Shown here: in pieces, positions 9,321 to 16,506 of the stretch
Position numbering within the stretch: position 1 is the stretch's first letter
How the letters are laid out: the number at the start of each line of letters is the position of its first letter
Assembly: GCA_021650915.1 (NCBI GenBank)
Contig: CP091279.1
Span: forward strand, 2,580,001-2,612,000
Length of the DNA stretch: 32,000 nucleotides
From: Candidatus Brocadia sp.
Lineage (GTDB): Bacteria > Planctomycetota > Brocadiia > Brocadiales > Brocadiaceae
Reading direction: 5' to 3'
Position numbers and translations under genes: made by a program
The notes under the pieces: generated by a model
The model's input: only the letters and a program-made list of their open reading frames with translations
What the model was told of the DNA's origin: nothing
The model's database searches: none

Positions 9321-9349
9321 GTAGGGGCAGGTTTGAAACCTGCCCCTAC
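9321..9349. repeat. REP element GTAGGGGCAGGTTTGAAACCTGCCCCTAC upstream of the RAYT gene
   Basis: This perfect palindrome differs from the 7098 copy by a compensated G/C to A/T pair. It lies 17 nt upstream of the RAYT ATG. Confidence 0.9.
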
Positions 9350-9366
9350 CTGACATATGGAATACC

Positions 9367-10020
9367 ATGAATTACGACCCTGAAAAACACCGTCGCCGTT
9401 CGATCCGTTTGAAAGGATATGATTATACACGGCCGGGGGCATACTTTGTGACCATTTGTACAGAAGGGCGGGTATGCCTCTTTGGAAATATTTCTGGCGA
9501 AACGATGCAGTTGAATGCATTCGGAAGGATTGTTCAAACGCATTGGAATGATTTGCCACATCATTATCCACAGGTGAAATTAGACGCATTTGTAATCATG
9601 CCCAACCATGTGCATGGAATCATTATTTTAACTGAAATAGACATGGTAGGGGCGGGTTTGAAACCCGCCCCTACCATCAAACAACATGGATTGCCAGAAA
9701 TCGTGCGTGCATTAAAAACATTTTCCGCGCGTCGAGTTAATGAATTACGCAACACCCCTGGTGTCTCGCTCTGGCAACGTAATTACTACGACCACATCAT
9801 ACGAAACGAAAGGGCATTAAACATAATTCGCCGTTATATTCTGTACAATCCGTTGATGTGGGCGTACGACATGGATAATCCAGACAGACATCCCTTATCC
9901 ACAGAAAAAATGAAATCTGGGATGAAACAAAAATGTGGTTTTACGGACGAGGAACTGGACTTCATCATCGATTATGATATTAAATATCGCATGGGGCGTG
10001 AGACGGATGACGAGATGTAG
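9367..10020 (+). CDS. REP-associated tyrosine transposase (RAYT, IS200/IS605-like Y1 HUH) with a chimeric C-terminus
   Basis: N-terminus RRSIRLKGYDYTRPGAYFVTICT, HUH motif MPNHVHGII, catalytic Tyr region WQRNYYDHIIRNE, and NPLMW near the usual family end. The last ~25 codons (GFTDEELDFIIDYDIKYRMGR...) instead match the methyltransferase tail. REPs flank the gene on both sides. Confidence 0.85.
   Translation: MNYDPEKHRRRSIRLKGYDYTRPGAYFVTICTEGRVCLFGNISGETMQLNAFGRIVQTHWNDLPHHYPQVKLDAFVIMPNHVHGIIILTEIDMVGAGLKPAPTIKQHGLPEIVRALKTFSARRVNELRNTPGVSLWQRNYYDHIIRNERALNIIRRYILYNPLMWAYDMDNPDRHPLSTEKMKSGMKQKCGFTDEELDFIIDYDIKYRMGRETDDEM
9646..9674. repeat. REP element GTAGGGGCGGGTTTGAAACCCGCCCCTAC inside the RAYT CDS
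   Basis: It is identical to the 7098 copy. It is read in frame as VGAGLKPAPT, just after the HUH motif. Confidence 0.9.
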
Positions 10021-10045
10021 GGGCGGGTTTCAAACCCGCCCCTAC
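10017..10045. repeat. REP element GTAGGGGCGGGTTTCAAACCCGCCCCTAC overlapping the RAYT stop codon
   Basis: It has a 13-bp stem and the central loop differs by one base (TTC vs TTG). The TAG stop at 10018-10020 lies within the GTAG head. Confidence 0.9.
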
Positions 10046-10062
10046 CATTACAATAAAATATT

Positions 10063-10680
10063 ATGAACATAATAAAATTGCATAAAGGCGACCCTTCTTA
10101 TCCAACCGCCCTGCAAACCCATCTTGGCGATAATGCACCAGAATTTATCACTGCTTTGGGCAATCTCGGCATCCTTCAGAATAAACCATTAGCCTTGTTC
10201 TGTTCCATCAAATGTCCCGGCAGTATTATCCTGCAGGCCTATGACCTTGCGCAGCATTTGAGACAGGCGGGAGCGACAGTCATCAGTGGCTTTCATACAC
10301 CGATGGAACGTGAATGCCTGAACATTCTGCTGCGCGGCTCACAGCCAATTATCATTTGCCCAGCCAGAAGCATTGAAGGTATGCGGATTCTTGGCACATG
10401 GCGCCGTCCAATTGACGAAGGGCGCCTTTTAATCCTTTCACCATTCGACCAGAAATATCGTAGGATTACAGCGGCGCTTGGGGAAAAGAGAAATGAGTTT
10501 GTAGCGGCGATTGCCGACCGGATATTTGTCGCTCATGCAACACCCGGCGGAAAGACTGAACAATTCTGCCGAAAGATAATTTCATGGGACAAACCCCTTT
10601 TGACGTTCAGTTGCAATGAAAACATGAGCTTAGTGAGTATAGGAGCAAGGTATGTCGAAATAGAGGATATACTAAGATAG
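10063..10680 (+). CDS. DprA/Smf-like Rossmann (SLOG-type) domain protein
   Basis: The pattern resembles the DprA core: YPTAL..LGDNAP.FITALGNLGIL..KPLALFCSIKCPG, LAQHLRQAGATVISGFHTPMERECLNILL, then LLILSPF....RITAALGEKRNEFVAAIADRIFVAHATPGGKTEQF. At 205 aa it is only the core domain. No obvious RBS. Confidence 0.65.
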   Translation: MNIIKLHKGDPSYPTALQTHLGDNAPEFITALGNLGILQNKPLALFCSIKCPGSIILQAYDLAQHLRQAGATVISGFHTPMERECLNILLRGSQPIIICPARSIEGMRILGTWRRPIDEGRLLILSPFDQKYRRITAALGEKRNEFVAAIADRIFVAHATPGGKTEQFCRKIISWDKPLLTFSCNENMSLVSIGARYVEIEDILR

Positions 10681-10707
10681 TTATTTTAATTAGTACGGGA
10701 AAGAATC

Positions 10708-11052
10708 TCAAACCATGATGTCTAAAAGACTCTTTTGCATTTCTTCAGATATTTTCAATGCGGCGACATTGGCAGACAGGAGGTGTTTTGCGCCTACCTG
10801 GATGGGAATTTCCTCAGAAATCTCCACGTTTGACGCCTCACTGATATTTCCATTTGCATGCTGATACCCTGGTCCTGGTTCAGAGCTTTCCCTGATGTTT
10901 ACCATAACGCCACCATGGTTACCTTCGCTCAGGCTAACACGCTGTTTCTTATATCCGTCAGTATTTATATTCGCAGTATTATGCGCTGATACGCTCATTA
11001 TATGGAATGCTGCTTGTATCCCGAAAACCGAAGAGCTAAAGGATAATGACAT
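10708..11052 (-). CDS. small flagellar basal-body rod family protein (FlgB/C/G-like termini)
   Basis: A strong RBS (GGGAGG, 6-nt spacer) precedes the ATG at 11052. The N-terminus VSAHNTANINTDGYKKQRV resembles the rod signature (..N.AN.NT.GYK). The C-terminus SNVEISEEIPIQVGAKHLLSANVAALKISEEMQKSLLDI resembles the rod C-terminal segment (SNVD..EM....A...Y.AN.K.I...DEM...LL.I). Confidence 0.55.
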   Translation of the reverse strand: MSLSFSSSVFGIQAAFHIMSVSAHNTANINTDGYKKQRVSLSEGNHGGVMVNIRESSEPGPGYQHANGNISEASNVEISEEIPIQVGAKHLLSANVAALKISEEMQKSLLDIMV

Positions 11053-11358
11053 AACCTACCTCCCTAGATATTTTTTTCGTTGTAAGCACTAAAATACCAC
11101 TGTATTATCGGCATGATCAAAAATATTTCAAAATACACGAGACGGGTGGTTTATGCGGTATCTTCACAAAGTTGCTAAAAATGCCACAATGCTCTTTTAC
11201 GACACACCTGTCAGTTAAAATGTATTGCATACCGGAGGTAGATAGAGGTATAGTTATAGTTATACTCCACAGTCTCATAATTTGTGATTTATAGTAGTTC
11301 TACACGGACAAACAGAGTTTGTCCATACCACCTATTATCAATTTAAAATTCACATTTT

Positions 11359-11660
11359 ATGAGCATCTTGAGTATAGTATTAAGAAAGGACGCAGACACA
11401 AAAGAGCAAATAAGCTGGACAGGGATGCAGGCCACAGGGACAATCCTCTGTCAGATATTCAAAAATACCGGTTTCCATATTTTTGCCAGCCTAGATTATA
11501 TGTCCAGGATACGCGGCGGTAATAATTTCTTTCAGCTCAGGGTTTCCGACAGGCCACGGCATACCCTTCGGTAAAAATCGGATATTACGGTAGCCTTAGA
11601 TAAGGCAAGCGTGGTCCTTCACCAGTCAGGCATTGCGGATGGCGGCATTTTGATTCCGGG
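11359..11660 (+). pseudogene. fragment of a 2-oxoacid:ferredoxin oxidoreductase alpha subunit (N-terminal ~100 codons, in-frame TAA)
   Basis: GFHIFASLDYMSRIRGGNNFFQLRVSDRP matches the KorA/PorA-type N-terminal signature (..Y.SRIRGG.N.FQ.R.S..P). An in-frame TAA lies at 11572-11574. The same frame continues DITVALDKASVVLHQSGIADGGILIPG, after which similarity is lost. No RBS. Confidence 0.55.
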
Positions 11661-12255
11661 CAAAAAATTTTTCTTAAGACTATTCAAACCTGATATAGAA
11701 AATGATCAAATGGACGGATTCCCAATAAATTTTATCGAGTGTGATTGTCTGCAAACATCAGAGTAAAATTAACGTTAATCCAGTCGTATAAAATATTCAG
11801 GCTCCGGTTACAAACCTGCACCCGCTGTGGTATCGTTCTATACGATTCGAGTTTACGGAGGAGCGTATTTAACTATGAACTTAACACAACTTATTGAAAA
11901 AAAATTATTTGCGATGTTAAGAAAATTCCCTGCCCAGGCGATAAAAAAAAAGTGTGGATGTGTGGACAGCAATAACCCTGCAAAATCTCATCAAAAGACA
12001 GTTGCGACTGGGCATATGTAAGTATAATAGAGAAGCTGATAAATAAATACGTATTGAAGTTAAAAGAAAATACCTTACGAACTCTCTGGAAAGAAACAGA
12101 GGTAGGGATGCAATGTCCGGATGACGAGGGGTTTCCTGCCGACTCCCTTCGACATGATCTGGAAATGGAATTACTGGACTTGATTACCCATAGAGCATGG
12201 GAAGAAGGTCAGCCATGAGATAAGCATTCTGTAAACAAGGAACGTTATATAAACA

Positions 12256-12372
12256 TTGGTGTTTTCCGCAAAAGGGCGCGTTTTGATTTTGATTCATACC
12301 GAACGACAAGGTAAAATACGTGTTATCAATTGTAGGAAAGCTACAACGCATAAAAGGAGATTTTTGAAGAAG
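12256..12372 (+). pseudogene. C-terminal fragment of a BrnT-like (DUF497) toxin
   Basis: GRVLILIHTERQGKIRVINCRKATTHKRRF resembles the BrnT C-terminus (..vv.t.R....iRIISARKAT..E...). The frame is closed by TAA at 12248-12250 just upstream, so no intact N-terminus exists. Confidence 0.4.
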
Positions 12373-12417
12373 GCAATTTCTAAAGAAATGCCTGAGAAAG
12401 AAGATATGAAGGCGGGG

Positions 12418-12509
12418 AGATTGCTTCGGAAAAGGCCCTCGCAATGACAGCGACCATGCACTTTGATGGCACACTGCACGTTGTCATTGCAAGTGAAGCG
12501 AAGCAATCT
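12418..12509. repeat. imperfect 92-bp palindromic element (AGATTGCTTCG..CTCGCAATGACA / TGTCATTGCAAG..CGAAGCAATCT)
   Basis: Outer arms AGATTGCTTCG (12418-12428) and CGAAGCAATCT (12499-12509) are exact reverse complements. Inner arms GCAATGACA (12441-12449) and TGTCATTGC (12482-12490) are also exact reverse complements. Confidence 0.6.
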
Positions 12510-12652
12510 TTCACTCATAAAAAACGGTACCTCCTGAAAGGGGTTTGTGAAAAAACTTACAAAAAAAAGAAGTTTTTACACAGTAATACTATAAGGCAGA
12601 TAAGGCAGACGGCACAACTTCAGCCCAGTATTTTAAGCTTGAAGATGGAGCA

Positions 12653-12761
12653 GTTATGTTAGAGCCGGACATTCGAAAGTATTTTTTCAAACTCGGAAGC
12701 TGTCAATAAAGCGCTCTGCTCATTGATTGCGATTATTCCATCATCTGCTCACGCCAAATAA
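12653..12761 (+). pseudogene. frameshifted C-terminal fragment of an antitoxin-like protein
   Basis: One frame reads VMLEPDIRKYF. After the T-run at 12680-12688, the next frame reads SNSEAVNKALCSLIAIIPS...*. Together these resemble the common antitoxin tail ..LEPDV...F..SE.VN.ALR.LI. Weak, motif-level only. Confidence 0.3.
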
Positions 12762-12791
12762 TATTTGCGCTAACGGAATGATGTATTCCTC

Positions 12792-13820
12792 ATGAAGGCC
12801 ATTGTTAAAAGAAAACGGGCAAAGGGCATGGAGTTCTCCGAAGTACCCACCCCGAAGCTCGGGCTACGGGATGTGCTCATTAAGGTCAGGATCGCCTCGA
12901 TCTGCGGCACGGACGTGCATATCTATGACTGGACGCGCTGGGCTCAGCACCGTTTCACACCGCCACGTATTATCGGTCACGAATTTGTGGGGGATGTTAC
13001 CAGGGTTGGCGAGGAAGTAACACAGATAAAGGTCGGCGACCGGGTGTCTGCCGAAAGCCACCTTACCTGTGGGCACTGTTACCAGTGTAGTAACGGCAAT
13101 TCAGAAGTCTGCAGGAATTTCAAATTGCTGGGGGTTGACCATGACGGCGCCTTTGCTGAATACCTTGTATTACCCGAACACGTCCTGTGGAAAAACGACT
13201 CAAATATCCCGGATGAGTGGGCAACGATTCAGGAGCCCTTCGGCAATGCCGTTGATACGGTACTTGCTGAAGACGTTGCAGCAAAAACGGTCTTAATCCT
13301 TGGCGCAGGCCCGATTGGGCTCTTCGCCACCGGCATTGCCAGGGCCTGCGGCGCATCACTGGTTATGGTCTCCGATCCTAACAATTACCGGCTGGCTATC
13401 AGCAAACAGATGGGGGCGCACATAGCCGTTAATCCCAGGAGGCAGGATGTTGTCCAACTTGCCTTTGATGCAACACAAAATAATGGCGTGGACGTTGTCC
13501 TGGAATTTTCCGGTAATAATCAGGCCCTGAATCAGGGACTAAAGGTTATTACCCCCGGTGGCAGGATTTCCATTCTGGGTATTTATGAAAGGCGTGTAAA
13601 TATCGACCTGAATAAAGATGTCATCTTCAAAAAAATCCGTATATATGGAATAACGGGACGAAAGGTATTTTCCACCTGGTACAAGACCTCGCGTTTCCTG
13701 TCTTCGGGGCTTGTCGACCCAGGCCCTGTTATTACCCACCATTTTCCCTTAAAGGACTATGAAAAGGGTATGAAACTCATGAAGGACGGGAAGTGCGGGA
13801 AGGTTATTTTAAATGTTTAG
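12792..13820 (+). CDS. tdh: L-threonine 3-dehydrogenase (zinc-dependent MDR family)
   Basis: The protein is collinear with E. coli Tdh from memory: ICGTDVHIY.W..W, GHEFVG.V...G.EV, GDRVS.E.H..CGHC..C, GVD.DG.FAEYLV.P, EPFGNAVDT. Length is 342 aa. Confidence 0.93.
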   Translation: MKAIVKRKRAKGMEFSEVPTPKLGLRDVLIKVRIASICGTDVHIYDWTRWAQHRFTPPRIIGHEFVGDVTRVGEEVTQIKVGDRVSAESHLTCGHCYQCSNGNSEVCRNFKLLGVDHDGAFAEYLVLPEHVLWKNDSNIPDEWATIQEPFGNAVDTVLAEDVAAKTVLILGAGPIGLFATGIARACGASLVMVSDPNNYRLAISKQMGAHIAVNPRRQDVVQLAFDATQNNGVDVVLEFSGNNQALNQGLKVITPGGRISILGIYERRVNIDLNKDVIFKKIRIYGITGRKVFSTWYKTSRFLSSGLVDPGPVITHHFPLKDYEKGMKLMKDGKCGKVILNV

Positions 13821-14050
13821 AGATGTTATTTAGCCACATATTATTACGAATAGATACGAATACTTATTAATCGTCTCATAATAGAACACACATTAAGCTG
13901 TCCGTTTAGCGCTTCAATATTGGAGAAGGAAAGCATACGACGAATCAATACAATTATGAGACCCTTAATAAAATATTCCGAAGAAGTGGAAATTGCTTGG
14001 TAAAAAATATCGTCACATTATAATTCCTTAACAAAAGTTTGCAAGAGGTA

Positions 14051-14080
14051 ATGACAAGAATGGTATTTGTTTTGTATAAT
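14051..14080 (+). promoter_or_regulatory. candidate sigma70-type promoter (ATGACA-N18-TGTATAAT) for the 14115 cassette
   Basis: The -35-like ATGACA is at 14051-14056 and the extended -10 TGTATAAT at 14073-14080, 35 nt before the ATG at 14115. This argues against the ORF-track start at 14067. Confidence 0.4.
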
Positions 14081-14114
14081 ACCAACAAAAACAGGAAATG
14101 GGGGTAAAAAACAT

Positions 14115-14420
14115 ATGCCAAAAATTTCACCAAAGCTTGGGGAATTTTTAGTAAAGACCACAAAGGCAAAGGATATTGACGATGCTTTCCAAAGGGTTTT
14201 CACTGACTATCTGGAACTAAAATTGAAAAATCTCCAGGAAACTATTGAACAGTTTCAATCAAGATGGAAAATGACTTTTGAAGAATTTAAGATAATGCCT
14301 AAAGGCCCTTCTTTTGAAAAAGATGCGTATTCCTACGATGTCGAGCAGGATTTTTGGCAATGGGAAGAAGCTGAAACTTTAAAAAAACATTATGAATCCC
14401 TAAAAAAGGAATGGATGTAA
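14115..14420 (+). CDS. hypothetical small protein, first gene of a two-gene cassette (possible antitoxin partner)
   Basis: ATG at 14115 follows GGGGG. The helical, acidic 101-aa product (..WKMTFEEFK...DFWQWEEAETLKKHYESLKKEWM) has no family I recognise. Its end overlaps the next gene's start (ATGGATGTAA). Confidence 0.5.
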   Translation: MPKISPKLGEFLVKTTKAKDIDDAFQRVFTDYLELKLKNLQETIEQFQSRWKMTFEEFKIMPKGPSFEKDAYSYDVEQDFWQWEEAETLKKHYESLKKEWM

Positions 14421-14466
14421 ATACCTTTTTGCTTTCCCTGCTGCACGAACTTTCCCGTCTTGAATT
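14411..14466 (+). pseudogene. 5' part of the IS-interrupted TumE/DUF6516-like gene
   Basis: ATG at 14411 overlaps the upstream stop and reads MDVNTFLLSLLHELSRLE up to the IS66 left end. Confidence 0.6.
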
Positions 14467-16185
14467 GTAACTATTCAGCGAAAATATTTTAGAATTTAGT
14501 TGACAGTCAACATGAGAAAAGGGGGCCGTAGAATTGGTTGGTAGAATAAATGGCTGTGGAGGATGCCACTGTAGCCCATCGGAGGTTTTTGCAAAGAGAG
14601 GTGTGGGGTATGTTCGGCCAGAGAATTACAGAGTTTTGTAGGGCGGTAGAGGGTGAAAAAAATGGGTGAAAAAGCCTGTGGTATAATAGCCGCAGGAGAT
14701 GATTTCAGGCTATTAATACCGGTGCCATCCATTGACGATAGAGAATATAGATATAGATGCAACGCTGCGGAAAGTAGAAAAGCTGCTTTCAGAGGAAAAA
14801 GGTCTGTCACCTGCCATAAGGTCAATGATAGAGTTGTTGGTGTTAGTGATAACGCTGCTGGTAGGACGTCTGAACCGGAACAGTCGCAACAGTAGTAAGC
14901 CGCCCGCAAGCGATCCGAATCGCACGAGAAAGAGCAGGGCGAAAGGAGAGAGGAAGGCAGGTGGGCAAGAGGGTCATGATGGAGTAACGCTGAAAAAGGT
15001 AGCCAATCCTGATAAGGTGGAAGTAATAAAAGTAGACCGGAGGAAGTATCCGAGCGGCAAATACAGGTTGATCGGTTATGAGTCGCGTCAGGTGTTTGAT
15101 ATGAAGATTTCAAGGGTGGTAACGGAGTATCGGGCAGAGATAGTTGAGGATGCGGAGGGAAGTAGGTTTGTAGCGTCATTTCCGGAAGGGGTGACAAAGG
15201 CAGTGCAGTATGGGCCGGATTTGAAAGCGCACGCAGTATATATGTCACAGTATCAATTGATACCCAATAAGAGGATCCAGGAGTATTTTGAGGAGCAGAT
15301 GGGGATACCGCTGAGCGAAGGCTCTCTTTACAACTTTAACAAGGATGCCTACGAATCTCTGGAAGCCTTCGAGAGGAAAACCAAGGAAGAACTTGTCAAA
15401 TCAGAGGTATTGCAGGCAGATGAAACGAGCATCAACAAGAACGGAGACAGGTATTGGCTGCATAGTGCATCCAATAGTTTGTGGACACACTTTTTCCCTC
15501 ACGAAAGACGTGGGACGGAAGCGATGGATAGTATCGGGATACTGCCCCAGTTTCGGGGGATTCTTTGTCACGACCATTTGAAGGCGTATTACACCTACAC
15601 CCGCTGTACACATGCGCTCTGTAATGCACACCACCTGAGGGAATTGGAAGGGGTGTGGGAAGAGGATAAGAAGCAACCGTGGGCGAAAGAGATGAAAGCC
15701 CTGCTCGAAGAGATAAACCGTGCGGTAAAGGATGCGGGGGGTTTGTTGGAAAACGGCGAGTCTGAGAAATACCGGCAAAGGTACCGGGGGATATTACAAA
15801 ACGCAGAAGCTGAAAGCCCGCCCCCTGATGAAACGAACCGTAAGGGGGAAAGAGGGCGGGTAAAAAGGACAAAAGCACGGAATCTCCTGGAACGATTACG
15901 GGAGTATGAGGGTGATGTGCTCAGATTTATGGACAATAAAAACGTCCCCTTCACGAATAACCTGGCCGAAAACGATATCAGGATGACGAAGGTTCAGCAG
16001 AAGATATCGGGCTGTTTTCGTTCTCTGGACGGAGCGAAGATCTTCTGCCTCATCCGTAGTTATCTCTCGACTTGTCGAAAACAAGGGGTAAATTTAAGTC
16101 AGGCATTACGGATGGTATTTCGCGGCAAATTGCCTGATTTTGCCAGCTCGTAACGATAGGGGGCGATATTACGCTGAATAGTTAC
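14467..16185 (+). mobile_element. IS66-family insertion sequence, single-ORF (ISBst12-like) type, 1719 bp
   Basis: Perfect 14-bp terminal inverted repeats: GTAACTATTCAGCG (14467-14480) and CGCTGAATAGTTAC (16172-16185). The 8-bp direct target duplication CTTGAATT lies at 14459-14466 and 16186-16193. Both the 8-bp TSD and the GTAA-start IR are IS66-family hallmarks. Confidence 0.9.
14732..16153 (+). CDS. IS66-family (ISBst12-like) transposase
   Basis: LQADETSINKNG..YWLH, ILCHDHLKAYYTY and HALCNAHHLRELEGV are typical of DDE_Tnp_IS66 proteins. The start is TTG. The extended -10 TGGTATAAT at 14679-14687 lies upstream inside the IS. Confidence 0.9.
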   Translation: MTIENIDIDATLRKVEKLLSEEKGLSPAIRSMIELLVLVITLLVGRLNRNSRNSSKPPASDPNRTRKSRAKGERKAGGQEGHDGVTLKKVANPDKVEVIKVDRRKYPSGKYRLIGYESRQVFDMKISRVVTEYRAEIVEDAEGSRFVASFPEGVTKAVQYGPDLKAHAVYMSQYQLIPNKRIQEYFEEQMGIPLSEGSLYNFNKDAYESLEAFERKTKEELVKSEVLQADETSINKNGDRYWLHSASNSLWTHFFPHERRGTEAMDSIGILPQFRGILCHDHLKAYYTYTRCTHALCNAHHLRELEGVWEEDKKQPWAKEMKALLEEINRAVKDAGGLLENGESEKYRQRYRGILQNAEAESPPPDETNRKGERGRVKRTKARNLLERLREYEGDVLRFMDNKNVPFTNNLAENDIRMTKVQQKISGCFRSLDGAKIFCLIRSYLSTCRKQGVNLSQALRMVFRGKLPDFASS

Positions 16186-16473
16186 CTTGAATTTGTTGAA
16201 AAAGTCGATCTTCATACAGAGGTATTTATCCTTAAGGGACGTGCGATTCTAAAGAAGAACAGATTTTTACAAATATATTTTAATGAGCATACTGAAACTA
16301 CAGCCTTTGCGTTAATTGAAAATAGCAAGAGAATCTGGGGTATAGATTACGACAATATACGCGGATGGCATATTCACCCCGCCGAAAATCCAAAATCTCA
16401 CATTAATGTTGAATTCGTAACCGTTGAGGAAATTACACACTATTTAAAAGAAGTATGGTCTTGTCTGCCATAA
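16186..16473 (+). pseudogene. 3' part of the IS-interrupted TumE/DUF6516-like toxin gene (not in the ORF track because it lacks a start)
   Basis: The frame is open from the TSD to TAA at 16471-16473: LEFVEKVDLHTEVFILKGRAILKKNRFLQIYFNEHTETTAFALIENSKRIWGIDYDNIRGWHIHPAENPKSHINVEFVTVEEITHYLKEVWSCLP. Removing the IS plus one TSD copy joins it in frame to 14411-14466. YDN.RGWH.HP....H resembles the DUF6516/TumE core as I remember it. Confidence 0.55.
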
Positions 16474-16506
16474 TAGTATAACGTTTCACAAAAACATTGA
16501 CAAATA

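Noticed and set aside
10781-10800. CAGGTAGGCGCAAAACACCT on the minus strand (read as QVGAKHL), resembling the GTAGGGGCGAAGCATTTG REP arm at 375
   Set aside because: It is only a partial match, has no inverted partner nearby, and falls in the conserved C-terminal motif of the rod-like protein. Probably coincidence.
11806-11826. GGTTACAAACCTGCACCCGCT, resembling half of the GGTTTGAAACCTGCCCCTAC REP
   Set aside because: It has several mismatches and no GTAGGGGC left half. At best it is a decayed half-site.
14496-15248. 250-aa Pro/Ser/Leu-rich ORF on the minus strand
   Set aside because: It lies entirely antisense to the IS66 transposase and left IS end. It has low-complexity composition and no RBS.
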